A stretch of 64,000 bases of DNA from Eledone cirrhosa. Its lineage: Eukaryota. Below the pieces are notes generated by a model. That model was given only the letters and a program-made list of their open reading frames with translations. It made no database searches and was not told the origin of the DNA. The stretch is from NCBI GenBank assembly GCA_964016885.1, contig OZ024741.1, positions 328,724,001 through 328,788,000 of the forward strand, written 5' to 3'. The stretch's first letter is position 1. Every line of letters starts with the position of its first letter. Shown here in pieces: positions 27,290 to 38,959 of this stretch. The position numbers and the translations under genes are program-made.

Positions 27290-27953
27290 CTCAGAGAAGC
27301 AATATTGTATATTTAAATTGATAGTTCCAATAAGAATTCTTCCCCATATGAAACCATGGTATGGAGATCTAAATATAAGCGAGATTAAAAGCAATACATT
27401 TTTTTGTTTATCTTGTTTGTACTCCCATAAACAGAGAATATTCTCACTTAATTCAATATATAATATTGCTTCTCTGAGACATTCCTCTCATTGAGATGTT
27501 TTTATTAATATTAAACTATTTCTTATTTTGTCGAGTTGTACCAGACGGTCTTTTGGCTGTTATTTCTAGCGACATTATAAGCCTGTCATGTAATCCTAAT
27601 ATGCTAGGAGATTTTGATAACGAAACACTATGCACGCTTTTATTCCAGCATGCTGTCTCAGTAAATGAAACATTATGTATGTTATCTCATTCAATTTCTC
27701 TTAGCTTTTGAAGAATTAAAACCCCCCTGAAGAGTATGTTGGATTCATCATTCATTGGTAGTTCCAATAAGAATTCTTCCCCATATGAAACCATGGTAAG
27801 GAGAGATATATATATAAGCGAGTTTAGATACAACATTTTTTGTCTATCTTATTTGTACTCCCATAAATAGACCTTTTTCTCACTGAATTTTAATATACAA
27901 TATATATATCTAAACTCACTTATATATGTATATCTCGCTACCATGGTTTCATA
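27290..27953 (+). mobile_element. Non-coding HHR-bearing element: ~438-bp partial tandem with short inverted ends
   Basis: tagttccaataagaattcttccccatatgaaaccatggta at 27322 and 27759; 27905-27953 is an inverted copy of 27784-27830; 27290-27310 is an inverted copy of 27460-27478. Confidence 0.7.
27722..27803 (+). ncRNA. Type I hammerhead motif with extended stem II, degenerate stem I
   Basis: ccccc-CTGAAGA-gtatg...attgg tagtt ccaat...catat-GAAA-ccatgg-TA-aggag; palindromic stem III ACCATGGT. Confidence 0.6.
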
Positions 27954-28103
27954 ATGTTTTCCATTCTTTCCTTTTCTCTGTTTCTCTCTTTCTATTTCCT
28001 CTTTTATTTCTGATGAAGGACTATTGTCTGAAATGTAAATACACTTTTCCTGCCATCAAATGTTAATGTTATATAGTCATTGTACTGTGTTGTTTCTATT
28101 TAC

Positions 28104-28162
<59 letters not shown>

Positions 28163-28293
28163 AGATAAATCTACCAAAAGTTTACGGTAGTGTCCAATCC
28201 GTATGAAGAACTCAATGTAATCCGGATATCATGGAAAGAAGAGATGCATTCAAAAATCACTTTCAGTGAAAGATAAACGGAATACAGAGTCAA

Positions 28294-28625
28294 GATAAAA
28301 TATTAAAAAAATAATGAATAAAACAAAGAAACAGTTCCTTATATTAAACCAAAAAAGTTCATTATTTAACGATCGTTTCTAGGACGTATATGTGTTAGAA
28401 TTGGCATGCATATTCAAAAGATCTATGTACAAAATTATACAAACTATCAAGGAGAATATACATACCATCACATCACATATATATGCTGTCTTCAGAAATA
28501 ATGAAGTATATTTATTGATAATAACAACAATTCAAAATTACAGGTCTGTTTGGGAACAGATTTTAAATAGACCATTGTTTATGTGTGCGCCTCAATATCC
28601 ATATAGTTATAATAATAATATATAC

Positions 28626-28672
<47 letters not shown>

Positions 28673-29224
28673 TGTGTGTTCGTAGGTATGTGTGTGTTTA
28701 TGTGTATATGCATGTGTGTGTATGAATGTATGTATATGTGTGTATATATGTATGTATATATATATGTATATGTATGTATATTTTGTCTGTAGATTATAAA
28801 CATACAGATACATTAGCCCTAAATTTTTATATTTACATACACTTTTTCGACATGCGTATGCATGTGAACATACATTTTTATGCATATCTGTGAACGAATT
28901 TACTTACATATATGCACACACCTAACTGCATTTTCTTGATGAATTTTTATGTATTTCATTGGTCTATTTAAAATATGTTCCCAAACAGACCTGTAATTTT
29001 GAATTGTTGTTATTATCAATAAATATACTTCATTATTTCTGAAGACAGCATATATATGTGATGGTATGTATATTCTCCTTGATAGTTTGTATAATTTTGT
29101 ACATAGATCTTTTGAATATGCATGCCAATTCTAACACATATATGTCCTAGAAACGATCGTTAAATAATGAACATTTTTGTTTAATATAAGGAACTGTTTC
29201 TTTGTTTTATTCATTATTTTTTAA

Positions 29225-29234
<10 letters not shown>
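28294..29234. mobile_element. Fold-back element with ~280-bp inverted arms, each carrying a hammerhead with long stem II
   Basis: 28294-28575 is the reverse complement of 28958-29234; (TG)/(TATG)-rich spacer; right end abuts (TA)n. Confidence 0.8.
29029..29171 (+). ncRNA. Type I hammerhead motif with ~104-nt stem II domain (mirror copy at 28358-28505, minus strand)
   Basis: Stem I ttcattattt/aaataatgaa (10 bp); CTGAAGA 29039-29045; GAAA 29150-29153; palindromic stem III ACGATCGT; GUU 29159-29161. Confidence 0.75.
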
Positions 29235-29291
<57 letters not shown>

Positions 29292-29299
29292 GTCTATGT

Positions 29300-29475
29300 A
29301 TTCAATCAGTCATTTTCGAGAACAACGGGTTTATGCAGTTTCTGTCAAATAAATTCCCCTCAACCGGTGAGGCAATAGTAAAGGACATTTGCCCTAGGTC
29401 TTGCAGAGCTGGACTGAAGCCGGAACACGGAGGCCATGAAGAAAGCAAATTCCTTAGCTACACAACCATTCATGC
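29300..29475 (-). mobile_element. Degenerate SINE copy (family C)
   Basis: gacatttgccctagg...ggactgaagccggaac...cacaacca, resembling a reverse-complemented tRNA-like head. Confidence 0.45.
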
Positions 29476-30625
29476 GTCTCTGTGAAAAGATGAAATCATA
29501 TTAATACATAGACGGGAAAATTTGAAGTTTAACTTTGAATTCTCAACGCATTGGTTGTGTTTATCCTTTTAGTGAAAGGACTGTATCAAATGTGGCGCTA
29601 TTATTAAACTATGTTCCTTTTACGTAAATAAAATGCATTGCAATCATTTTAATAGTTGAAAGATCGTTGGTAATCGGAGATATTTTTTTCTTTTTCTGTG
29701 ATGCATCGTTTAGTGCGATTTTATTACTTTCACTTTAGCAGCTATCAAGTGAAACAGTGAGACGTCATGACAATGATTATAGATGTGCTTAACTTCGATT
29801 ACATTTGCTAATAAAAATTCGTGATTCATAACCCGTTTTTGCTAAAGTAATTGATCTCCTGTGAATTCTGTTCGAGTAAACTGGAAATCTCATCTGTTGG
29901 AATCAATTTTAAGGAGACCTGTGCGGTGTCTTTGGCAAACATTCATGCTTCGTAAATAATTTTTATTTGGACTATTAGTACGTACATATTTAGAGCATTG
30001 GAGAGAAATTGTAGTGTGATATGATAGAGGATATGGGAAATAGCGACAAATAAAACTGAGTGAATGACGCTAGTAAAAATCAATAGCTCTCTTATAATTG
30101 ATGTTCGATTAAACAACTATGTGGAATAGATGATATGGATATTATTAGCTGTAGTAGGCGAACCCTACATGGAGAAATAAAGAAATTGGAATCGACTCAA
30201 CATGGGACCCTGCAACCAAATCGCTTCTAAATCATGCGGATCAGTATCAAAGAAAAAGTGGAATCACAAAGTCTATAATGATGTCAAACAATAGGATATA
30301 GATGGGAAATCTGCAAATCCTTTGATCCTAGGTCAGCTGCACTAGAGTTATCCTAGGCTTCAAACAACATCAATAAAAACGAGAAATTGAGAAGAAATAA
30401 TACCGAAAACAGAATATATCATCGACTGGATCAAGTATGATAATAATATATAGTGGAACGGAATTGACCTCCATCTGTTTCGACGATGAGAGGTGTAATT
30501 GTTTGATCAATGGAAAGCTAGCTCGTGAAATTAACGTGTAAAATAATGATCATTCCCACACAGACGTGTGCTATCGGTAACTTCCCAGAGAGTAGACAGA
30601 CACAAAACTGGCCCATTGATAGGCA

Positions 30626-30688
30626 TTCCATCTGATAGGCCTCAATTCCATCTGATAGGCCTCAATTCCATCTGATAGGCGTCAATTC
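30626..30688. repeat. 20-bp tandem repeat x3 (attccatctgataggcctca)
   Basis: Directly visible. Confidence 0.85.
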
Positions 30689-31528
30689 TGCCAACTCTTT
30701 TTCATCCCCTTTTCAGGCCTGAGTCCAGCAGATTTCCTCAGGAGAAGGATGGATAGAAAATGAGAGAGAGGGGAAGGGAGGAAGGTGGTTAGAGGAATAA
30801 TCTACCCAGTACTAGACTAGCACTTTTTTTTAAAATCATGTTACTGTGATAAAGTAAGTTACATGCTAGGGAGACAGTGGAATGTCGGAATAAATTCTTA
30901 TAGAACTTACTTCTATTCCTCTATGGTATGGTATTATCTCGTATATTCTGATGGAGTCCTTGTATCATTGCATTGACATACAGCGATACTTGGGTATTTA
31001 AGCTCGACAGACTCCATCCCTCCACGATCTCAGTTCAAATCAATTTGGAGGTTGTACATTGAAATGTATGATCTTAGGAAAAAACAGTTTATCCTAGCAT
31101 TGTAAATTTAATTAATGGGCCAAAGTTGAAGAGGTTTCTACACGGTCAATCGACGTGCTAGAAATAGCAATTTAATATACCTGAAATCACACCATACTGT
31201 AAAATAAAACCCTGAATATCTCGTCTTTGAATCAATTAAAGAGTATCAAAGACGAGATATTCAGATTATCAAAGACGAGATATTGACCAAATGCCTTCTT
31301 GATTAGTGATCATTAAAAACTATTCTCTATGTAAATTTGATACGTCTGTAGTTTGAATGAATATCGAGTTCTGCTGAAGCTACGAAAAAGAAAGAGCACA
31401 GCCTTCGGGCACTAACTCTTTTCAATACTAACACTCTACTATCAACTACTTTGCTGAAAAATGGTCTTCCTACTCTATACGACTAACTGCCATTCCATAT
31501 ATATATATACATACCTGTACACACACAA

Positions 31529-31596
<68 letters not shown>

Positions 31597-31792
31597 GGAT
31601 ACTATTTATGGTTATGTATATACTAAAACTTTTTATAGTTATATATATTTTAAACCCTAAACAGTGAAGGTCAGTAATTTATTACTACCTTATTACCAGT
31701 AAGATAAATAGCTCAATGTAATAACATCGGGTGTTCTACAGAGCACTTATATAGTATTCACAAGAATCAAAGCTATGTTCAAAGCATTTATT

Positions 31793-31839
31793 CACTTACA
31801 ATTGTTTCATCCAAACCTAGGCTTGGAGTCTTCGGAGCA
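31793..31839 (-). ncRNA. Hammerhead-like motif in pLTR, CCGAAGA core (further copies 36043-36089 minus and 36636-36682 plus, core ACGAAGA)
   Basis: tgct-CCGAAGA-ctccaagc ctag gtttggat-GAAA-caattg-TA-agtg. Confidence 0.6.
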
Positions 31840-33334
31840 TTTTTCAATGTTTGTACACATGCTTGACCTCCTTTCCAACGCAAGAGACATACAGATACGT
31901 ATATATTGATGTACAGTGGAGTGACATATATTATATTATATTTCTGTATAGCAATTCAAATTCAAAATCAAAATCACATTAAAACAAAATCAAAGCAAAA
32001 TTTAAATACAATCGGCAGTTAACATAGATAATGCAAGAGGATAGTTTGTTAGTCAGATGTAGTAGTTATTTTAGTTATTTTATGCGTTAGTTACACGTGG
32101 GGCATGCACGTGTGTCTCATTTATATATGATTATTGTGCGGCAGGGTGTTACATGTAATAGAAGCACTTAAAGCGGGTAAGTAAGAGTATTATGGATGTT
32201 GTAGTGGTAAGGTATTTTTTGTATATGATACAGAAGTATGCGTGCAGAAAAGTAGTATAAAGGAGAAGCAAAAGAAAGTTATGGTTTTTGTATCCACAAC
32301 CATTTTCACATTCAAGAAACGTAATATATAGTTTATACATGCTTCACATAATTAACGATGATTTCGCATTGGATGTTCGATGCATTAAATTAAATTATTT
32401 TAGCTTGCTGCAGCTCAGTGTTCTTTAATCCAATTTTATAGAGCAGGTTGTTTCTGTTGCGAGAATTTACATCGGTTTATTATCCGGAAGTATGTGTGTG
32501 ATTAAGGGGAGTTAATGCGTAAGGGAGGTAACTAGCTGATTTCTATAACTAAATTTATTATTCCAACATACATTATAAGGTGTCTCAATTGAGTCCCTTA
32601 TATAGACGGTTATATATTCAGTTTCCAATTTTAGGTATCCTATTTTTAATTACAATCTACTCTATCATGAAGTACTAAAGGTATCTATATTAGGATGATT
32701 AGTCCCTATCATAGAGTGCTACAACTGAATATTCCATACAAAGAGCCACATCTTTATATCAAAGATATTTGGAAATGTAGTCTACTCACAGTACCTGCCA
32801 GGGGACCTACTAGAACTACGTCTATATAACCCTTGTAAGCTCTGGGGCAGCGTATGGCTGACTGCATGGCAAAGCTAAATACATCTCTAGGGCGGACCAA
32901 AAAGGATCTCTCACTCACATTGTCACTAATCCATCCATCAAGTTATACATGCATATATAACTCACAAATCACTCATACAGAATTCATTGCACTCAACATA
33001 AAGGTTATACAGATCTCTTATGTTAATAAATAAATCTTATATATATCCAATGATAGCACTCCATACATAGGAATACATTTGCACAAATAATCCATTGTCG
33101 AATCTGGTATTTAAAGTTTACATAGACTGTATTGAACCACTATATAATTATAAGTAATTGAAAGTAATTATCCTAAAAGTAGGTGTACATGGGGATATTT
33201 CTAGTGTATAAAGTTATAGATAGGTGGAACGATCTGTGTTAAGATAGGGTGGATCAGCGAGTGTGGAGTTGTGGTGTAAGGTGTACCCCTGAGATGTAGT
33301 GCTAGAAGTGGTGATGGGTTCAAGCCTGACATTG

Positions 33335-35794
33335 CTATATATTGGGTTTAAAGTTTTGGAAGGAGTGTCGGAAGCGGTGCTGGCACGACGCGAACACTTC
33401 CGATTTTTTATTAAGGTGGTTATGGTTTGAGAAGATTATAGTATGGGTGTCTAGTAGACAGAGGTTACAACATTTATTAGGTGGTTTGTACGATGTCGCC
33501 TTACCTATCACTTCCCATTTAAGTGTATAAGATCTATTTTTAGTTTTTAGATAGTGTATATAGCTAGATAGTCAAGTGGAGTTGGCTAGACTGTGTTTTT
33601 TGAAAGAACGGAGGTGCGAATTGTGTCTGGTTTTGAAGCAGTTTGAAGTAGAGCCTATATAGGTTTCAGAAAAGTTGCTAGTTATGACGGTGCATGAGTA
33701 TATGATATCCTTGATTAAGCATTTTTTATCTAAAGGGCAGGTTCTATTAGATCTACAGTTACAATTATTCTGGATGTTAACCTGCCGGTTATTATGTTGT
33801 GTAGAAGTCTGGTTGTTAGTTGTTGCATTATTGCTATGGGGGTTGTCGCTCTCAGTGTTATTTCTTACACTAGTGGTATTACTATTATTACTATTGATAT
33901 CAGGATTAGTAGATATAATGTTATTCTGAAGGTTTACCCCCTGTCGTGTTTTAGTTTGTTGGAAGTAAGTATTAATCTTTCTTTTATTGCTACTAGCTAT
34001 GTGGTATGCTATGTTAGGCGTGGTAGAGTAGGAGGTTTTAATTGTGTTTTTGTTTATAAGACTATGGTACTTGTGGCCAGATGGGAAGTTTTTATCCAGG
34101 AGTTAGAAGAAAGCCTTAGATAGGTTGGTAGAGACGTTTAGATTGAAAGGAGGGTTTAAAAAAGTATTATTTCTTCTTCTATTTTTGTTTTTATGACTGG
34201 TGAGATGCTTCCGTTTATGGTATTATGGTGACTTCTGTGGTGTGGGTTAGGTTTGTTGCCATCCTTCGTATTAGTGTGTGTGTGTTTGTTATTCTTATTA
34301 CTATTTTTCCTCATGGACATATTGTGCGAAATAATGTTGTAACTATGTGTTTTTGTAGGTAGGTACTTGATCTCCTCATTATGGCCTGATCTAGCTAATG
34401 CCTGATTATAATATTGCGAGTTTTTGCTAAATATGTTTTCGTCATAAGATAGATTAGAGATTCTATTGGATATTCCCTTAGAGATAGAGTTTAATATTGA
34501 TCTAGGGTGGTTAGACTTGGTATCTACGTAAATCAGTTTTTCGTTAGATTTATGGAATGGTGTATATATCCTAGAGTCTAGGTAGAGGGTGGCATCTAGG
34601 AAGTTAACTTTCTTAGTGTTTTTGTCTATGGTGATAATTAGGTTATAGTTTTTGAAAGTCTTGTGCAATAGTTTTCTAGTTCTTTCTATATTGAATTTGT
34701 TATAGTCTATAAGGAGAAGTGCATCGTCGCGGTACAAACCACCGTTGAGGTATGGAAGGTCCTTATGGATTTCGTTTAGTAAATATAGGCCCACCAAATC
34801 AGTGACCTGTGCCGAGTCACTAGACCCCATGGTTATGTCGAAGTTGTTTTGCGTATCCTTGCGGGTCCATAACTGGTCTTCAAAAATGATTACGGTTTTA
34901 CGGGCCGCAAGTTTGATATCCATCTGGGGTCTAGTCAGGTCACTATTGTTCATGGCCATAATTAGTGCCTTATTTAATAGGATAGGGGAAATAGAGGTGT
35001 AGTATGAATTGATATCAAATTGAATACATTTTTTATCTTTGTTTTCCTTGATATCCTTGAACCATTCAATGACTTCACCTGTATTTCCCCCATTGTTTAA
35101 GGTATATTTTGTGTTTAATCTGTGGGATGATTTTATCTAAAATTGTCTTACTGATAATGCCAATGTCAGACTTGGAAGGGCAGATTAGTCTAATCGAGGG
35201 GTTGCTAATGAAATCCACCTTATGGTCCTTCAGAGAGAATCTAGGGGGGGGGGGGGTATGGTTGTGTATGTCTCTGAAGTCCTAGTTTGGACACTATATT
35301 ACATCCTTCTATATTAATTTCTTCTATGCTTTTCATAGTAGTTTTCTTGTAGCTCTTATGTAGTTCATTATATATAAACTTTCTATATGTATCATAATCT
35401 AGGCTGTATATGTTATTAGTTTTGTCCGCATGTACAATAATTTTACTACTTGTTTTGAATTCATTAATAGAGGTGTTATGTTTGTTTAAGAAAGTGTTGT
35501 TTTTATTACGATGCTTTTTATATTTAATGTTCTTAACTAGTTTTATTAGGTCATTTTCAAAGGAGTTTAGTAGTGTGTTCTGAGGGGGGCTTCTAAAAGT
35601 TTTAAAGCCGAAGGAGTCGAATTTGTTAGTATTATCAACTTTGTTAGATGTGTTTTTATCATAATGGAATGTCCTCCATCTCACTCTATTGATAAAGGAG
35701 TTGACACTGTTGATCAATAATTTCTCCTATGTATTCCTGGATGGTATTGGTATGTTCTTGGTTGACATAGGGAGTTGGTCTTTGATCAGCATAC
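33335..35794 (-). pseudogene. PLE ORF: RT plus C-terminal GIY-YIG endonuclease, disrupted (Nematis-like by motif recall)
   Basis: STKNIPIPS, ADKTNNIY, FDINSYY, FDITMGSSDSAQVTDLVG, YRDD, VNFLD, SNHP, CNCR..CPL..CL..IIY..YIG, CNLC. Confidence 0.85.
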
Positions 35795-36717
35795 TGGTAA
35801 TTTATTGTATGTTAGCTCAACAGTATGGAGCAGTTAATAATATTAAGGATACTATTTATGGTTATGTATATACTAAAACTTGTTATAGTTATATATATTT
35901 TAAACCCTAAACAGTGAAGGTCAGTAATTTATTACTACCTTATTACCAGTAAGATAAATAGCTCAATGTAATAACATCGGTTGCTCTACAGAGCACTTAT
36001 ATAGAATTCACAAGAATCAAAGATATGTTCAAGACATTTATTCACTTACAATTGTTTCATCCAAACCTAGGCTTGGAGTCTTCGTAGCATTTTCCAATGT
36101 TTGTACACATGGATGACCTCCTTTCCAACGTTAGAGACATACAGATACATATGTATATATTGATGTACGGTGGAGTGACATACATTATATTATATTTCTG
36201 TATAGCAATTCAAATTCAAAATCAAAATCACATTAAAACAAAATCAAAGCAAAATTTAAATACAATCGGCAGTTAACATAGATAATGCAAGAGGATAGTT
36301 TGTTAGTCAGATGTAGTAGTTATTTTAGTTATTTTATGCGTTAGTTACACGTGGGGCATGCACGTGTGTCTCATTTATATATGATTATTGTGCGGCAGGG
36401 TGTTACATGTAATAGAAGCACTTAAAGCGGGTAAGTAAGAGTATTATGGAGGGTGTAGTGGTACGGTATTTTTTGCTTTGAATTTCTTTTAATGTGATTT
36501 TGATTTTGAATTTGAATTGCTATACAGAAATATAATATAATATATATCACTCCACTGTACATCAATATATACATATGTATCTGTATGTCTCTTGCGTTGG
36601 AAAGGAGGTCAAGCATGTGTACAAACATTGAAAAATGCTACGAAGACTCCAAGCCTAGGTTTGGATGAAACAATTATAAGTGAATAAATGCTTTGAACAT
36701 AGCTTTGATTCTTGTGA

Positions 36718-36828
<111 letters not shown>

Positions 36829-36904
36829 TAAATGACCGATAACAGAATACAAAAGCAAGAGATGATGGTAAATGATACAAAACAAAACAACTAATGTTTT
36901 ACCA

Positions 36905-37080
36905 TTATTTTAGGGTTACTACCTGCTTTTCAGATGTGAGTCTGAAACAGTCCTAGATAAAACAAATGAACGATTTGAGCTTACAGATATCAGTTACAGA
37001 GGGAAGTTCAAATCATTCATTTGTTTTATCTACCACTGTTTCAAACGCGCATCTGGAAAGATGGTAATAACCCTGAAATA
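36905..37080. repeat. Imperfect ~175-bp palindrome between microsatellites
   Basis: tattttagggttactacc...agataaaacaaatgaa versus ttcatttgttttatct...ggtaataaccctgaaata. Confidence 0.7.
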
Positions 37081-37099
37081 CTGGGTAAAACACTCTGGG

Positions 37100-37267
<168 letters not shown>

Positions 37268-37397
37268 TATATATATGTATATATATATAGAGAGAGAGAG
37301 AGTGAGAGATAGAGAGTGAGAGAGAGACAGAGAGAGAGAGATACATAGTCATAAATATATGCATATATTTATTTATACACACACACACACACACACA

Positions 37398-37474
<77 letters not shown>

Positions 37475-37715
37475 TAAAAATTAGCGAGAATCGAATTTCA
37501 CCCTATGAAACAACGAAAAAACACTTTCGAGTTGTGAGGCAAGCGCTCAATAATTCAAAAGAATTAGAGCTTACAACTTACGTTAAAGGCCAAACACACT
37601 GAGATTGTGGTTAAACTAATTATCCACACAGCAAAGATTCGATCTCCTATTTTTGGTCAAACAGATATACCGATATAAAAATATATGAAAGCATAAATAT
37701 ATATATATGTATATA

Positions 37716-37895
37716 ATTGTTTCTACTTTTGGCAGAAGGCCAGAAAATATCCCATCTAATTACTGGTACTTTATTTTATCGAAGCCGTAAGGATGAAATG
37801 CAAAGTTAACCTCGGCAGGATTTGGGCTCAGAATGGCAAAGGCCGTAACTCATGGCGTCCGACCCTCTACCGATACTGCCAATCCACCGCCTTAT
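37716..37895 (-). mobile_element. tRNA-derived SINE copy (family A)
   Basis: ctggtactttattttatcg...ggatgaaatgcaaagttaacctcggc...ctctaccgatactgccaatccaccg. Confidence 0.75.
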
Positions 37896-37919
37896 TATAT
37901 ATGTATATAATATCAATTA

Positions 37920-38375
37920 AGTCAATTAAGGAGATGAGCTACTAGGAGACGCTGAAAAAAACTAAAGCTTTTACTTTCTGGAGCGAAGATGGGGAGAGAT
38001 GCACATTGATATACGTATAGAAGATCCTGGAAGGTTTAACTCCAAACTTCGCAAATGACGGCTAGACCAAATAATGTGGAGTGGCAAATGTCCCATTCGT
38101 TGCATCAAAGAAAAGGGACCACACACAGCAATAGCCTGGGGTTCAAGGGACCACAGGTCTTTAACAAGCTGCAAAAAATCTGAGATATCTATACGGTATG
38201 CATGCCGATGTTTTCTAGAGACATCTCGACATCCTTCTGAAGAAGATGCGGAATGAAACCACAACACAAGCTGAAGTGCAAATAAGAGCGGTAGCAACAA
38301 TCTCCCTTTGGCATCAATGACCAACCAAGGAAAACTCGATATAGAAAGTGTAGCATCAAGAGGGATTCCCTGGAA
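37920..38375 (+). pseudogene. Highly degenerate CR1/L2-group LINE 3' fragment
   Basis: Frameshifted traces of SY.RRLKKLKL..LERR...KILEG and SLGF.GP..FN. Confidence 0.45.
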
Positions 38376-38409
38376 CACGTAACAGAGTAATAGTGTAATA
38401 AATATATAT

Positions 38410-38539
<130 letters not shown>

Positions 38540-38913
38540 AATATATTACACAAAGAGAAGTGTGTTACACAGTGAGGATCCTGTGGGCTGTTATACTGCA
38601 CATGTCGGTGGTGAAATGAACGAGATTCGTATCAGCAAACTTATAAGGTTGATAATTTAAAACTCTAATTCAGAGATTTGATTCTGACTTAGTTTTGTTC
38701 TATTTAATCGCTAAACCTGTAGATATTGTTCTCTATACAGTAACGGTAAAACTCACTTGTAATAATTCTTTACACACATCTCACTGTGTAACACACTCCT
38801 CTTTGTGTAATATATTTGCATTTGAGCTCAGAAGAAAATTCTCTATTCTTCTTTCAGCTAATATTATTATTATTATTACTGTGAACTGCGGAATACTCTT
38901 AATTCTGATCTTC

Positions 38914-38954
<41 letters not shown>

Positions 38955-38959
<5 letters not shown>

